DNA of 64,000 nt from contig NMRA01000512.1 in the NCBI GenBank assembly GCA_002633005.1, forward strand, positions 128,540 through 192,539, in the 5' to 3' direction. How positions within the stretch are numbered: the first letter of the stretch is position 1; each line of letters starts with the position of its first letter. The notes under the pieces are model-generated. The model searched no databases. It was not told the DNA's origin and saw only the letters and a list, made by a program, of their open reading frames with translations. A program made the position numbers and the translations under genes. Of this stretch, positions 22,744-37,354 are shown piece after piece. The DNA comes from Phoronis australis. Taxonomy: Eukaryota; Animalia; Phoronida.

Positions 22744-24172
22744 AGAGGGAGAGGGAGGGAGGGAGGGGGAGGGGGGAGAGGGGGAGAGAGAGAGGGAGGG
22801 AGGGAGGGAGGAGAATATCCCTGTCAGTTCTAACAGCTAACTCATGACTTGTGCTGTGAAATCCCATCAAAGACTATGTCCAGTAGTTCATCTGTCATGA
22901 TGGCCTGTTTGTTGCAGATTGATGACAGTTCACAGATCCTCAAGCACACGCAGAGTCAGGAAGACCAGTATGAGATGAATGTGAGGGCAGCCAATATTGT
23001 GAGTATACGGTGACTGCACTCCTTAGACATAGAGACAGAGAGTGACTGAGTGCACACAGACTGCACTCCATACATATAGAGACAGAGAGTTACTGAGTAC
23101 ACAGAGACTAATCTGCATAGCTATAGAGATTGACCAAATCCACAGACTGCGCTCTATAGATGTAGAGACAAGGAGTGGCTGAGTGCACAGAGACTGCACT
23201 CCATAGATATTGATACAGAGGTTGACTGAGTGCACAGAGACTGCACTCCATAGATATTGATACAGAGGTTGACTGAGTGCACAGAGACTGCACTCCATAG
23301 ATATTGATACAGAGGTTGACTGAGTGCACAGATACTGTTATATGCAGACAGAGATTGACTGTACTCCATAGAATGATATAGATACAGAGATTGGTTATCA
23401 CCTGACTTTGTAAATGTAAATGTATTTTGTTGTGTGGAACTGAGTGTTATGAGCCGTGCAAGCCAGCGAGCTAAAAGGCTGTAACTTTAAATCCAACTTT
23501 TAAATGGTGGGGTCGCTTTAATGAGATAGATACCAAAATGCGTGTATTTCATTCTTGGATGAATCTCAGGGATTAGATTTTTGCGTTTTCCGAATTTGGT
23601 TTACCTCCAAAATTTGCCTATTTACTGTGAATTTGGTGAGCATGATCATTAGAGAATGGTTTGTCAAAATAACGCATAATTTCGTCACATGCAAAAGACA
23701 ATAACATTATTGATACGTACACTTAAATCTTAGCCTGTTGAGCCTATGTTATTTATGCGTGTACATTGTCTGTTATTTGCGATTTCACGTCCAGAATACT
23801 TGAGCTGGTGATGATGTAGTGAAATGGTAAAAGTGCAGATTATCTCTTTGACTGAGAAATTCTCAAAATCTCACTGGAGCTGTGCGGAATAAGAATTGAC
23901 GAAAAAACTAACCAGAAATGTACAGTTGGTCACATGATACATCTCTGCTTCAGGTGAGGGCTGGCGAGTCCCTGATGAAGCTCGTCTCTGACCTCAAACA
24001 GTTTCTCATCCTCAACGACTTCACGACCGTGAATGAGGCCATCACCAACAATCGACAACTGTTCAAGAAGATGCAGGTCGACTACGACCAGAAACTGCAG
24101 GCGTTGCGTGATGACATGGCCTCAACTCTTTATGAATTAGAGGAAGAGTACTATTCGTCTGTGTACAAGTAG
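20784..24172 (+). CDS. MED22: Mediator complex subunit 22 (surfeit locus protein 5)
   Basis: Exons 20784-20918 ([28 protein letters not shown]), 22918-22998 (..[12 protein letters not shown]), 23954-24172 ([34 protein letters not shown]); phase-0 GT/AG junctions; candidate polyA signal 25744-25749. Confidence 0.95.
22712..22812. repeat. (CA)n microsatellite followed by a G/A-rich tract
   Basis: Directly visible. Confidence 0.9.
23012..23390. repeat. 47-bp minisatellite in MED22 intron
   Basis: Unit GACTGAGTGCACAGAGACTGCACTCCATAGATATTGATACAGAGGTT, ~7-8 degenerate copies. Confidence 0.85.
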
Positions 24173-25427
24173 TGGGTGTGGCCAAGACTTGGAATGTGAT
24201 TGGTCGGTGTACTTGTAATGCAGTGTCATGTGGTCAAATGGAAGAATGCTAGTGGTCGGTGGGCCAATAATGCAATTTGCCTGTCATTGTCTGTGTGACT
24301 ATTGTTTTCCACTCCTCTAGTGCTGTTTTCACTTGGTGAAATGTGTAATCCTATTGGTTAGTGCATACACCATGTGACAGTCATGTATTCCTGTTATTGG
24401 TTGGATTGCTGGTGGTGCTGACTCGCATGTAAGGCGAGAGAATGCTATTGGTCAGAGCACAAGCTTGCCAGATGTTGAAATGACATTGTGGGGGACAGCG
24501 ATTCACCTACAAGTGTGTTCTACAAGATAACTGACACTCTGGCTGAATATCGGATAGTGCAGTGGGTTTCAAAAACGCTTAGTTGCAGATATGTCGGCAA
24601 TTGTGAAAAAAGTCTATAAAAAACTAGTTGCTAATCATTGGACAATTAACAGTATTTTCTTGGAATTTTTGTGGATTATGCATGAATATCACCTTTTATT
24701 GACTTTGGCCGTGCAATACATAACTGCCAATTTGGGCCACTTCTGTACAGATTTCTGTGCCAGGGTGCATGATACAGTTCAAATAAGGATTCAACAATGT
24801 TCCTTATTTTTTACCACATTTGTGAACTTTTGACAACACTGATTTTCCTTTCTTATACTTTTGTATTTTCACTGCTAAAGTCTGTTTTTTACTGATACAC
24901 GCCAAGAGTGACCTCTTCATTAAATTCTCAATATTATCAAAAATCACTAGCCAGGGATCTTCTCATGCTACGCTCCTAATTTAAGGGTTAAGTCCCTTTT
25001 TATTTCCATTCATGTAAGGGTTCAGTTTTGAAATAAATTATTTAAAAATAGAACTGAGCCCTGGAGGAGTCCCTAATAAAGATAACATAATAGAGAGACA
25101 TTTGTAGTGAAGAAAGGCACAAACACAAACACCCCGAGTATTTAGGGGGCTTAGTCGAGTCCCTTTCTGGGATGTTTCAAGCAACCAGGCACTCGTCTCT
25201 CTAAAGGCACAATAAATCCACACCTTAAAAAGAAAAATGGCGTTTGATTTAGACAGATTTTATAAGATCGGTCTCACTTTGTTCCTAACCGACAGGTCAT
25301 TACTGTTACTGAATAGTGCTCATTAAGCTGCTGTTCACGGCGAATTAGTTTCAGTCACTGAAGCAGTATGATTGTTAGGAGAGTTACACACATTTCCTTG
25401 TAACCAGTTTAACTCAAAGGGCAAGAA

Positions 25428-25431
<4 letters not shown>

Positions 25432-25470
<39 letters not shown>
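25432..25470. repeat. (CTG)13 microsatellite, probably in the MED22 3' UTR
   Basis: Directly visible. Confidence 0.9.
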
Positions 25471-25471
<1 letters not shown>

Positions 25472-28313
25472 GGAATATTAAATGCAGGTGTGAAGACATT
25501 GTTGTTTTCGACACCTGTACGTAGTTTTTCGCAGCTATAAACTAGGCCACCTGTAGTTGTGAACAACATCAGACAGTTTCTTTTCGTCTTTGCATTATGT
25601 TGTTTTGTCTTATGTCAAGCAGTTGGAATTGCAGTAACGGTAATTAAATTTTATTAAGAAGAGCCACATGTACTGAATTTGGACTTGTGAAATGTGCGAC
25701 GATGTAAGAAAATATTCAGAATTGAATCTCTTAGTTTTGTACCAATAAAGCGTCAAACAATGATTTCATTTACTTTTGTGCTAGTGTGACCAACTTTCTC
25801 AAAGTTAAACAACAATGGGATGAATAAGATATCCTGTTTACCCATCCAAACGGGTTTTCCTACACACTTTTGTCGCCCAGTCAGATGTAGCATTTAGCTG
25901 GAGCTTTATTTTCAGCAAATTGCCATCATGACAAAGCAATTAAATGATTTTTTAAAAACAAATCATACCAAATAAACTTTGTTTTTATGTTAGTTTCACT
26001 TGAGTATGGCCTTCAAGCTATTTTGAATGCTGCTTTGTCGGTCACAAATTAATGGACAACTCCAAAGTAAGAAACACGCAAAACTTTGAGCCAAAGCCCA
26101 GACCAATGAGCTCAATATCAAAAACAGTATAACTCCAGAAAACAATAAGTTTTGATTTTATTGATTTCATGTCACAAAAATCAAATAGCTTGCTACTGTG
26201 TGGAGCAAAATGTGCCAAGGTAATAGTCATCTTACCAAAACTGCTCTATATTGCCTTACCGACTACATTCACTGAGCTCGTCAACAGTGAATAGTTGGCA
26301 AGTTGCACTTAAAACAATGTAATAAAACTCAATGGTATAACCCAAAACAAGGGAATTGACATTTATTGGTCCTGAATAAAACAAGGTGTAAAAAACAAAC
26401 ATTAGATACAAAAGTTTGCTGTTTTACAGACTTCAGTAGACAGTAGAACTTACTTAACATTGGCTACTGAGGTCTAACAAGGGTTGAACAAGTGCAGCAT
26501 ATTAATGACCTCTGTCTACTCCTTTATCATGTTTAATAATTAACATCCACCATGAATCCCCCATGAGAGCTTTCTTGTTTTGGGGTTCTCCTATCTTTTG
26601 CACTTGATATATGACGATCGATAGATTATTTATGAAGCTTGGCCATAAATACAGAATAATGCAGACTCTGTCCGAGGCCAATCACATGCACGGTCTTGTA
26701 TTACGCCATAAGTAAAATGGTTCAAGTTTGAAGTTGCCCCATTAATGAATCAAAACAATTGAGGGCATTAGTGACGAACCTGCATAGAGTACAAGCCAGA
26801 AGTATTTGGATGAAATGACCAGGAATTTTCCGTAATGACGGCTGGGCAGCAACTGAATTCATCGTCAGAGAGGGCTTCTCTCAACTGAAAATGAAGGGGA
26901 ATTTACAGTTTTGACGTCCTAATACTTATTGCCTGTAATTTTTGTTGTAGAATTGACCATCATGACGCGAAAACGGCATTTTGTCCAATTGATTTTGTCT
27001 TGCACTGTATATCGGTCTTGTACTGTACATCTGTCTTGTCTAAGTTTTACATATAGTGCACAACGGGGTCCAGTATTTTATTTTTAATTAGTATAAGATA
27101 AGTGTGACAAGGAGTGTGATTGGAGATCCAACTCCCTCTGTGGGCCCAAGGTGAAACATTCACCTAGAATACGCACCAATGATCTAGAGCTTTTGGCTAA
27201 CTTATATGATATTGAATTCGGCAAGAACTCGTATAGCCTCGTTCCAGCCTCCAGCGAATAGTCAACTAAGTGTGAGGCAGAAATACACTCGTCTTGACTG
27301 CATTTACGTCCTTCATATTTGGAAAGTCACTTAATACATTTCAAAAGAAGCTGTAGGGAATATAATAAACGCGATTTGTTTGTTTGTTATTTTGTTTGTT
27401 ATTTTGTTCTTATTCTGTAGCCAATGAATTATTCTGAGTATTCTATAAGCAATAAAATACGATAATGCAAATAAAGTGTATAGTCTGAAGGATAAGATTT
27501 GTTTGCGTCATTTTTGTGCACCAAGACCAGTGTAGTGCCTGACATCAACCTGGACCTAAAAGTAAAATAACAAGAATTTCTATGACGAGGGGACCAATCT
27601 GCACTGATCATATTGCTTAGTAACAAACTGGGTTTTTTCAAACCCAGTAACCACAAGGGTTAACTCCACACCACTCCAAAACGATCCCTTACCACTGCAA
27701 GAGCAAGGAGAACTGCTTAACACCTCAGACCATGTAGTTATATCTCCATCTAGTGTCAGGGCTAAGAACCAACTTATTCTTTACATTATCTAGTACCTTC
27801 ATGCTATACTCCGTTCGATATACAATTATCATAACCTACTATCTCCATCAGCGCTGAGAACCACACAGACAATCTACTGCTTTCAAACAACACTGTATTC
27901 AGTGCTCATTTATTATCAATCCAGAAGTGACCTCCAATACCATCTAAATGGAAAAACAGGAAAATCAATGTTCAATTCTAACGCTGATGTTTTGCAAAAC
28001 AACATCGCTTTAAAGCAAACAATTACAATACATTTGCCTACTGCAATGTATTTCGAAAGGTGGACAACAAATTAACTAATTTTTCTGATCAACACATGGT
28101 TTTCACATCATCATAAATACCAATGGGATACACCAAGACAACATCAACAATAAAAACGCACAGTATGAGTCTATACCCACACACAAACACACACACAATT
28201 AACAACCATGCCTTCGACACCTTTGCTGACACCCTGAGATTTCAACACTGTGACATCCGTCTTCAGTCAGACAGCTGCCAGCAATACTGACTCCGCCCAA
28301 CAACACCTATTGG

Positions 28314-31300
28314 TCAATTTTCGCCAATGACTGGCAGGTCCAGCTCAGCTGAACACTGGTCCATGAGCTGTTTAAGATCTTTGTACAGGCTGTGTGTGAT
28401 CCCATGTGTGACACGAAGTACAGCTTCACTCTGCAATTCAAAGTATGGGGTAAACTATAGCTATGATTCTTCACCATAAAACAAAACATAGCAGACATTT
28501 AGTGGAATTTCATTCCAATAAATTTCAAAACAAAATGTCACTTTTTACTTCATGGTTTGTAAAATAGCATGTCAGTGGAACAAGCCTTCCTCCTCATCTG
28601 CCAATCATTTTCCTGCCACGCTCCTTTCCCCACCCATACCCAATACCCATTCAACACCAACAATGGTCAACCTATCCAAAAGTCCCGCTACTTAGACTGA
28701 GATTATTGACATGGATTTCAATGCCAAAGAAAGTGTGGCAATTACTATAAAAGATGAACTTGAATTTTAAAGCCATGGCTTAGCACAACAAAAGCATCAA
28801 CACGAGCAAAGCACAGCGTAGAAATGCACCCACAACTCCATCGCATGTGGTATGATTCTAGTGTTTATCAGTAAGATAAAAATTCCACTAGATGGCATAC
28901 AATATGTCGAACCCATATGAATAGTGAATGGGACGGCATCTCAGTCTCCCAAATAGAAATCGGATAAATTTCACGAATTTACTTCAGCAAACTCCAAAAA
29001 TACACAGGCAAACATAAAAATTCAAATTGCCACTAGGAGGTGCATAGGTATGAATCCATCCAACTGTTTTCAAGCTAATAGGAACAGACATGCCAAGGTC
29101 CCCAAAGATCCTGCAAGGTGCTCAGGAGTTATACAGCATGCTGAATATGCAAAAATGCCACTAGGGGGCACACAGTAGTTGAACCCCTTCCAAGAATATA
29201 CATCAGTCATGTAAATAGGAACACATGAACTCAGAATCCTCTTAGTGGTAGAGGCGAACAGCAAGCATCAGCTCAAAAATAATTAAAATGGCCGATAGTT
29301 GGCACAGAATTAGTTGAATCCGTCCCAAAATGCAATGGCGCTGCCATCTCCAAATTTTATACAAATTCGTCAAGGAACTCTGCAGATACCAACAGACAAA
29401 CGTAAAAAATAAAATTTCCAATAGGGGGCACACCGGAAGTCGGATCGGTACAAAAAAGGCACAAGAAATGCGGATAAACCCCATTGTTAACAGGTACAAG
29501 CTCCAAACTGAATGACTGATTGCAGAAAATCTCATCATCCACATCTGAAGGAAGCAGAAACAACGTTAAGTGTACTTTGCTGAGATTCTAATTATCTCCA
29601 CGTTTCAGTGAGCTGATGAACTGACCTCTTTAAAAGACTGAGCAGCACTCTTTAGTTTCTGGAGGTAGAGTTGAAGTTTACCAATCTTCATCAGTTGTAT
29701 CCCAATGTGTGGATGACAGTCAGATGGGTAGAGTCGCCTGAAGACAAAAGAGACACCCATAACAACCCATAGAATACACTGAACCTAACTAAAATACTGT
29801 ATCTATGACAAATTTTCATTTTTTCACTAACTGCCAACATTATTTTATTGCATTTTCAAAGCTTGTTACAAATACTCCATTTCACCAACAATTTTTCAAG
29901 TTTGAGACGGATCTAGTGTGAGTAAAGCCAAAGATATCAGCAGAATTTTTGTTGAAACATTTGGCAAAAAATAGCTCAGTTTCTCTTCACATCGGATGCT
30001 TAACAGGTGAAGAAATATTGTGGGTCACTCATACAAAGTCAATCGTAAAAAGCTTCATGTGCACAAGATTCCACAGTCCTGCCACAGGGGGGCGCTTCCA
30101 CGATCATGCTCTAAACAGCATTTACGAAGACATGACAATGATTACTTTTCTAACTCCTATAAACCCACAGCAGATTTTAATAATTTTGTTAACGAATGCA
30201 TCTAGAGCAGATTCACTTAGCTTTAACCGGCCCCCTGTTATTAAGACTACGCACTTTTATGAAAACGATTTATAATTGTTACTTTAATTAGAAGTTATTC
30301 TGAACTTGGAAAGAATTGACAATTCGTTATTGCTTGAAACCAGACTCCATATGCATTGGCGGATCCAGGGGGTCAAGGGGATCAGGATACCCTTTCTCTC
30401 TTGATTTTAGCTATGAAATGCAGATTAAAGCCACCTTAAAACATCCCGACACTCATAACAAATCATCATCATCAGCTATGATAGCTCAATCAACACTTAC
30501 GCAACGTCATGGAAATGTCAAAATATTATTGGTAATTTAAAACAAGAAACTAGAAACTTTCTGATTTAAAATTTCACCTATTTTTGATAAAGATAGATTT
30601 CATCAACTTTCTTCTGAAGATGTCTTTACGTGACAGATCATTGTATGCTGTGAATTTCTAGTTAAAACAAATTGTTGAGGCTAAGACTGAGTAAAAAATA
30701 ATTCAGACTCATGCAACTGACGCAACTGACATTCAATTATTACAATGAAACACGACAGACGAGTGCATTTCTTTTTTAATCAAAATACATTTGATTTCCC
30801 TTGGGTAAAAACCATCACCTCTAAGAAGATAACTTTTCAACACATTTGATCAAAGTGTAAAATAACATAAAAAACTCACTTCTCCAGAAACTGTAAACAA
30901 TATCCATGAGAAAGAGAAATGCTAAATAACATGTAATTTTCACCTGTTGGCATTTCAGGGAAACCATTTTCTGTATTCAGTATCATGCTAAATCAAAACT
31001 GGTAAGAAAATGTTGCCATCAGGAATAACAACAGGACATGTTTTACTGAAAATAGTTTCAATGTCACAACACTAAATTTGGCAATCTAGAGACCTCAGGG
31101 CTTGGAATGGCTAATGACAAAATAGAGGAAAATTTTCCAGGTGATGGATCGCTCCGCAAATGTGTGCTTGAGTGACAGAAATATTTATGTGTGGTAAAAT
31201 TTAACTGAAAAAAATGTTTTTGCATGAACAAAATATTGATGAAAAGAGACGAAAAAAGAGGAAACTAGAAATCAAATAAGTGGAAATCGAAACCAAAAAA

Positions 31301-34300
31301 GAGAAAATCCTCTTAAAGCAGGAAGATTCCATTAGCCCTGAGATCTGTGGTTCCATTCCCAGTAGGGGTTCCTGATTTTTCTGTTTTTATTACTAAATTC
31401 AAGCGTCACTAACTTGTAGGGTTCCACGGTCTTCAGTCCATGTAATAACGCTTCATCCCACATCTGTAGATCTATACAAGCATCAAACACTTTGTCTAAC
31501 GTTCTCACTCTAAGCACGTTCATATCATGTAGAATGTCTTGCTCCGCCAGCAGGTCTTTACTCATGGATAGGATCTCATCTGCACCTGTACACAAACATA
31601 ATAATAAAAATAACGTACAAAGATTGTTAATGCAGAGAATGGATTCGTGTTTGATAGCCACAATTCATCATATCTCAAAATTTTCATAAAGTCACAGCTT
31701 TTGGCCCTTTTTGCATGTACAAGACGTATCAACTTTTGCTTGCTTCACTCATGCATGACAAACAATCTTTGTCAGTGATAACGACAAATTTTACTATTCA
31801 TGAAAAAAGTAATCACCACTTGATGCAACATAAAATAAATGTATATCCAACAAAACTGTCAGAATAAATATTGATTAAGTAATTAGTAAGAATAGATCCA
31901 TTTTAAGTTGCCCAAAATTTGTGCATAAATTATGTACTTCTAAATCATGGGGTCAAACTTGTTGACATGTACTTTAACGTCAAAATCTATTTTCAAATGG
32001 TGTTTACAACTTTGGGTTCTAGGGTCAAAGTACTCTCGAGATTCTAGAAAATTCTGAGAACAAACTGTAACAGCCAATGATAAAAAGATATTCAGATGCG
32101 CAATAGTAGTTAAAGCATAAAGACTTGCTACAGTGTACAGATGAAATTGTACGACAGAGCCATCTCGTGGAAGATTCTAGAAAGGATCTTAGCAAGGGCA
32201 AGGGTAAATGAACAGGAAGTTAACTAAGAGCTTGTCACTTGCATCGTGGGTAGTAAGATACTACCTGAAGTGTTGCGTAACCAGCCATAGACTGTAACCA
32301 GCAAGAATCGTGTGTAGAAGAAATTGCCTGCAAGTGTTGCATCACCAGAGACGGTGACCAGCAAGTACACAGTCGCTATACAGTGCGTGTAGTTCAAAGA
32401 TTCATCAACAGGACAATCATACAACAAGTGGAAAGTCCTAGCTTGGATAGCAGATAAGACATTTGATTATTTTGGTTGATTGATTGAAGTAATCTTTAAA
32501 GAGGGCGCTATCATAGTTACTCTTCTTTGTAGTTGATTACTTAAGTAACAACAGGTTCCACTTGTCTAATTAGGGCTTATCATATAATAAATTAGTTACA
32601 GACAAAAAATCTTCTTTAGCAAGTATGCTATTGGTGGTATTCTTTTTATTAATGACCTACTTGATGAAAATAACAGGTTTTACTCATTTACTGAATTTAA
32701 AAAGATCTCGAATATATCTACACACCTTTTGGAATATTGCTCTCTGATTGAGTGTATTAGGTCATTCCTGAGGAGAACACCATTAAAAACGCAGTTAATT
32801 AAGATACATGGACCAATAATACCTTTTAATATCCGTAATTTTTTAAACTGCGCGTCAATATGTAAAATGGTATATGGAATTGTTTGCCAAAACAAAATTT
32901 TGCCAATTGCCCAAAAAAGATTTCAAGAAAAATGTTACAACTTTCGAAGTGATGACTGGAAAAAATTTGTCTTTTAAAACTATACTTATGATTTCAAGTT
33001 ATGTACACTACAGTTTAAACTATTACATAGAATAATTACAACGAACTCTTTTCTTAAAAAAGTTAACTTGGTGGACTCTGACGTATGTACTTTCTGCCAT
33101 TCACAAAGTGAAACAGCAGATCACATACTTTTCGAATGCAATAATATAAAAATATTGATAGAAGAATTAAGCAGTTGGATGTTGTTGGTAAAATGTATAA
33201 ATATGGTGATTGACAAAAAACTATGATTTTTGGCATGCTCATAAGTAATGAAAATAAAGTTTTAAATTGGATACTTTTGCAATCAAAACATTTTATTTAC
33301 GTAATTATCTAGGTGTAAAAAAATAATCCCCAGTTTTTGTCATTTCGTTAAGATATTAGAAAGAGAATTTTATATTCAAAGAAGAATTTCATTAATGGTA
33401 ATTTAGATGAATACCATACAACCTGGAGAAACCTGTTAGCCATAACTTTTGCATGACATCCTACTAAAAGTGGGTGGGTATGTTGAGGGGGGCGGGTGCG
33501 TGTGAGTGTGTGTGCGTGTGTGCATGTTAAGAGTGAGAATGGGTTGGGTTTTTTTCTCTTACATGTCTTTGTAATGCCGTTTTGTGTAATAATAAAAAAG
33601 TTGACGATGACTGTACTAGACTCTACTGGCGTAAGAGTACTGGGCATCAACTGGGACACCCAAGCAGACAGCATTAATCTAGTGAACCATGACCTTGATT
33701 TCTGACCACTGTAACACATGCAGTATTGCCAGAACAGCAGCTAAGGGCTTCTTAAGAGCTTCTTCTTGGACTGTGTTAGCCCAGTGACCTTTGTGCCAAA
33801 TTATTCATTGAAAAACTATGGGCTGGAAAGTGTGAGTGGGCTGAACCCCTATGAGGTACATTACATAATACCCCTGTCCAGTACCTTAGATAACAACCTT
33901 GCCCAGGACATTGCATAACCAGTGAGATTGCAGCAGATCTTCCCAGGCAATATTTTCCTGGTAACCCTTGTGTGAACAATGTCAACCAACATGTATTCTG
34001 TGACGCTGGTGCCAAGGCATTCAGCACTGTGGCCTATCTACCAGTCGCTCTAGGATTTCATCAAGCAAGAATAGTTGTGTCTAAGTGCAGAGCATCACAC
34101 CGCGAGTGTAACCATACATTACCACATTACAACAGCTATTGGAAGCTTTAATTGGTTCACGCCTACTTCAATATACTGATCCTCATTAGCAAATGTAATC
34201 TGTGAGTGGACAGTGTCTTTCTGTGGACAGCCAGTGTCTTTCTGTGGACAGCCAGTGTCTTTCTGTGGACAGCCAGTGTCTTTCTGTGGACAGCCAGTGT

Positions 34301-37300
34301 CTTTCTGTGGACAGCCAGTGTCTTTCTGTGGACAGCCAGACTATATAACTGGCAACTGTAGTCTAAGAAAAACTGCCTGTATTTGTTCGCAGCCATGTAA
34401 CTGAAATTCACGCCCTGAAAGCCCGCGCCAAATAAATGTAATGTCCACAAAATAGTAACCTAGCAGATCTTCTAACCAGGGGCGTTGTGTTTAAGACAAT
34501 TGAGCGGCCCCCTAATGGCGTCCCATAGTTCCCATTCAACAATGGCCACCCCAGTCGCTACCCAGATGTATTACCAGCAGTAAATCACAATAGCAACCAA
34601 GACCCCATGCCTGACAACCAGCCCAGTGGCAACAAAATCATGGAGAATGAAGGGTACTCCACCCTCCGTCGATTGTTTCGTGTCATCACATGGATAAACA
34701 GGTTTCCAAGCCGGTGCAAAAACCCAACCTCAGCCGTTTCAGATGCTTTAACTGCACAAGGGCCAAATTCTGTGAAACGTCAGTGGATTTTGACTACACA
34801 ACATTAGATCTAACACAGAACATCAAACACATCATACAGCCCAGAAACAAAATCCTGTGGTGCCACCTATCAGTTATAACGATTTGTTAAATCACTGTAG
34901 TTTAGTCTCATTTTTGTCAATATACCAACATCAAGTGTCTGCTTCAATATAGTATTTTATTCGATTATAATTGTGTGTTTCCGATTCCTACAATCCCACT
35001 TCAGTTGAAGTTATTTCTTCAAGATGGCCAATTACTCAACCTAGGAAGAATTCATAACGCCAATCTACAAACCACAAGAAGTTTCCCATCCTGTCACCAT
35101 GCGCCCACAGGTTCACATAAGTGGTCATCAGAGATGCACACGTCACTTGTGTCAACATGACCATCACATACTTACGTCAGCACTACTGGATTCCGAGAAT
35201 CCGACAAGGCATTAACGCTGTCATTCGATTGCGTGTATCGTGTCGCAGAGTGGCTGGCCAACCGTATTCACAACCAGCCACGCCCCCACTGCCTGCTGAC
35301 CATGTGCCAGATGGACACCTTTTAATGAGATCTCTCAGGTAATGATAACACTGGCCATCTGTTCATCAAGTACCCATCAGACAATAACAACACAGTTTTT
35401 GATGTGTGATTACTCCTGTTGGTGTCTGACTTTACTTTGACATCCTTTATCCGAGCCTTTTGTCAGCCATTTGTCGCTTTGCAAGCCGACACTCCATGAT
35501 ACCAGATGTTATGATTTCTGACAATGCCACCAATTTTGTTGGGGTTCCAGCAGATGTTATTAGTTTTTTAATTCATATTCAACATTTCTTCACAGTTCAA
35601 CAGGTTACGAGGAAATTCATTCTGTGCTGCACACCACGGCTCCGTGTTTTTTTGGAGCGTCTCATCGGAATTACTCACCCTTGCTCAATAAGATTCTCAG
35701 TCGATCGCAGGTGACATTTAACCAAAACCACGTACAAATCTCACAGAATGCGAGTGTATTCAAAATGATCGCACCCTCGCATTTGTGTCTGGCTATGACG
35801 AGGAATTCCCAAACCATTCACTCCATAACCGCGACATAACCATATTTGACCCTCTGCTAAAATTTGGTCTCAATCTGGCAGAACCAACCATCCTGTAATC
35901 TACCCGCTCGAAACAATTGTCGACTGCGTTCAAGATCCTCCACCACCACAACAGGCAGCTCTCCAGGCTTGTGGCAATATACAGCGTTGGACAAATGACT
36001 GATTTGAATACAATATTTAGATTTTCATAATATGCACATTTTTTACATGTTTATAACTTATAACTCTCATGTCCATTATTCTTACGCATAACTCAATTTC
36101 TAATTAGTTCTAGTATTATACTGTTCATTTATTGAGTACTCCTTATTTTTAACAGACATTTCTTGAGCCAGTTTTGTGAACAGCAACTACTTGTTTTTTT
36201 AATTCGCCTACTTTTACGCATAATGTGTTGCTGTATTTAAGTCTCATTTTAATTGTAGTCATCACATTAAATAACTTTCATTTGTTGTCTACTCCTATCT
36301 TATCAAACTGGATTTATTTAGAAATTCTTCCTGTTCCTAGAACTGTTTGTGAACATTGTTATCCCTTACACATATGTCTAATTGGTTGACTTGTAGCCTT
36401 GTTCAGTTCTTTTCCAGGGCACTCTGTTTCATGGCCTGCAGGTTGTTACAAAAGAACCAGAAAACCTCAGCCTCGCTGGTTCTATCCGTTCAAACGAACC
36501 ACCTTTAAGCACGTAGTCGAACGGCATTTGCCCCTCTGCCACAACAGCATTATATGCATACGGTCATACATAGTGGTGGTCAAGTAGTCAAGTCACAGAA
36601 CTACATATATCACATAGTAGTGGTCAAGTCACAGAACTACATATATCACATAGTAGTGGTCAAGTAGTCAAGTCACAGAACTACATATATCCCATAGTAG
36701 TGGTCAAGTCACAGTCATATATAATAGTATAGTGGTGCTACTGTAAAACGCCACCTATTGGACACAAAATGACCTACAAGTGAAATCTGATTTCATCCTT
36801 ATTCCATAAAACATAATTATATAGTACAAATTAAATTGAATGTTATTCCACGTTGATATTTGGTTCCAAAACTACCATCAGTTTTGACAAAATGTAGGCA
36901 TCTACGGCAATGTTAGAGGCCCTTGAAAATGAAAATAAGGCATTTTGGGGGGCTACTTTTAACCTAAATTGATGATATTTCACAGAAGTATAGGGGTGGA
37001 TTATTACATTTCGAGCACCTGTGACTCACATTCAGGCAATACTTAAAGAAGCGATATGACACCGCCAGTGTCAGTAACTTAACTGATGGCTTTCTAAGTC
37101 AACAAAAAGATTTATCACAATGTCAACACGACTTTGTTGGTGCAATCGCAAACCAATAACCGAGCTATACAGAAAAACCGCACTCAACCAACACAGCGCG
37201 TTGCATTTCAACTCACTCGAATCATTTCTTTTCTTTGACGCCTCAATCTTATTCAACGTCTTCATAGAATAGTCAATCACTTTGTTTCTCTTCAGCTTAT

Positions 37301-37354
37301 AGTCTTCCTCGAATTGATCGAATCCACAATCTTCGCAAGGCTGCAAGTCTGCAC
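28314..37354 (-). CDS. SMYD3: SET and MYND domain lysine methyltransferase SMYD3-like, C-terminal exons only
   Basis: Exons 37217-37354, 31414-31585 (..LDKVFDACIDLQMWDEALLHGLKTVEPYK), 29626-29737 (RLYPSDCHPHIGIQLMKIGKLQLYL), 28314-28430 (SEAVLRVTHGITHSLYKDL..TGA). In phase; resembles SMYD3 HPVRGVQVMKVGKLQL / IMRVTHGREHSL. Confidence 0.88.
32600..33600 (+). mobile_element. 5'-truncated decayed non-LTR retrotransposon (L1/Tx1-like 3' end)
   Basis: Remnant zinc-knuckle CTFCHSQSETADHILFEC near 33086-33140, frameshifts, AT-rich, ends in AATAATAAAAAA at ~33590. Confidence 0.65.
33610..35950 (+). mobile_element. decayed BEL/Pao LTR retrotransposon pol (RT/RNase H/integrase remnants)
   Basis: Fragments RVLGINWD, HVFCDAGAKAFSTVAYL, NLADLLTRG, YLRQHYWIPRIRQ, ISDNATNF, FLERLIG with many stops and frameshifts. 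Confidence 0.85.
34206..34339. repeat. 21-bp tandem repeat x6 within BEL remnant
   Basis: Unit CAGTGTCTTTCTGTGGACAGC. Confidence 0.9.
36566..36715. repeat. 36/44-bp alternating tandem repeat
   Basis: Units CATATATCACATAGTAGTGGTCAAG(TAGTCAAG)TCACAGAACTA. Confidence 0.8.

Noticed and set aside
23023-23401. Three overlapping minus-strand ORFs
   Set aside because: Artefact of the 47-bp minisatellite.
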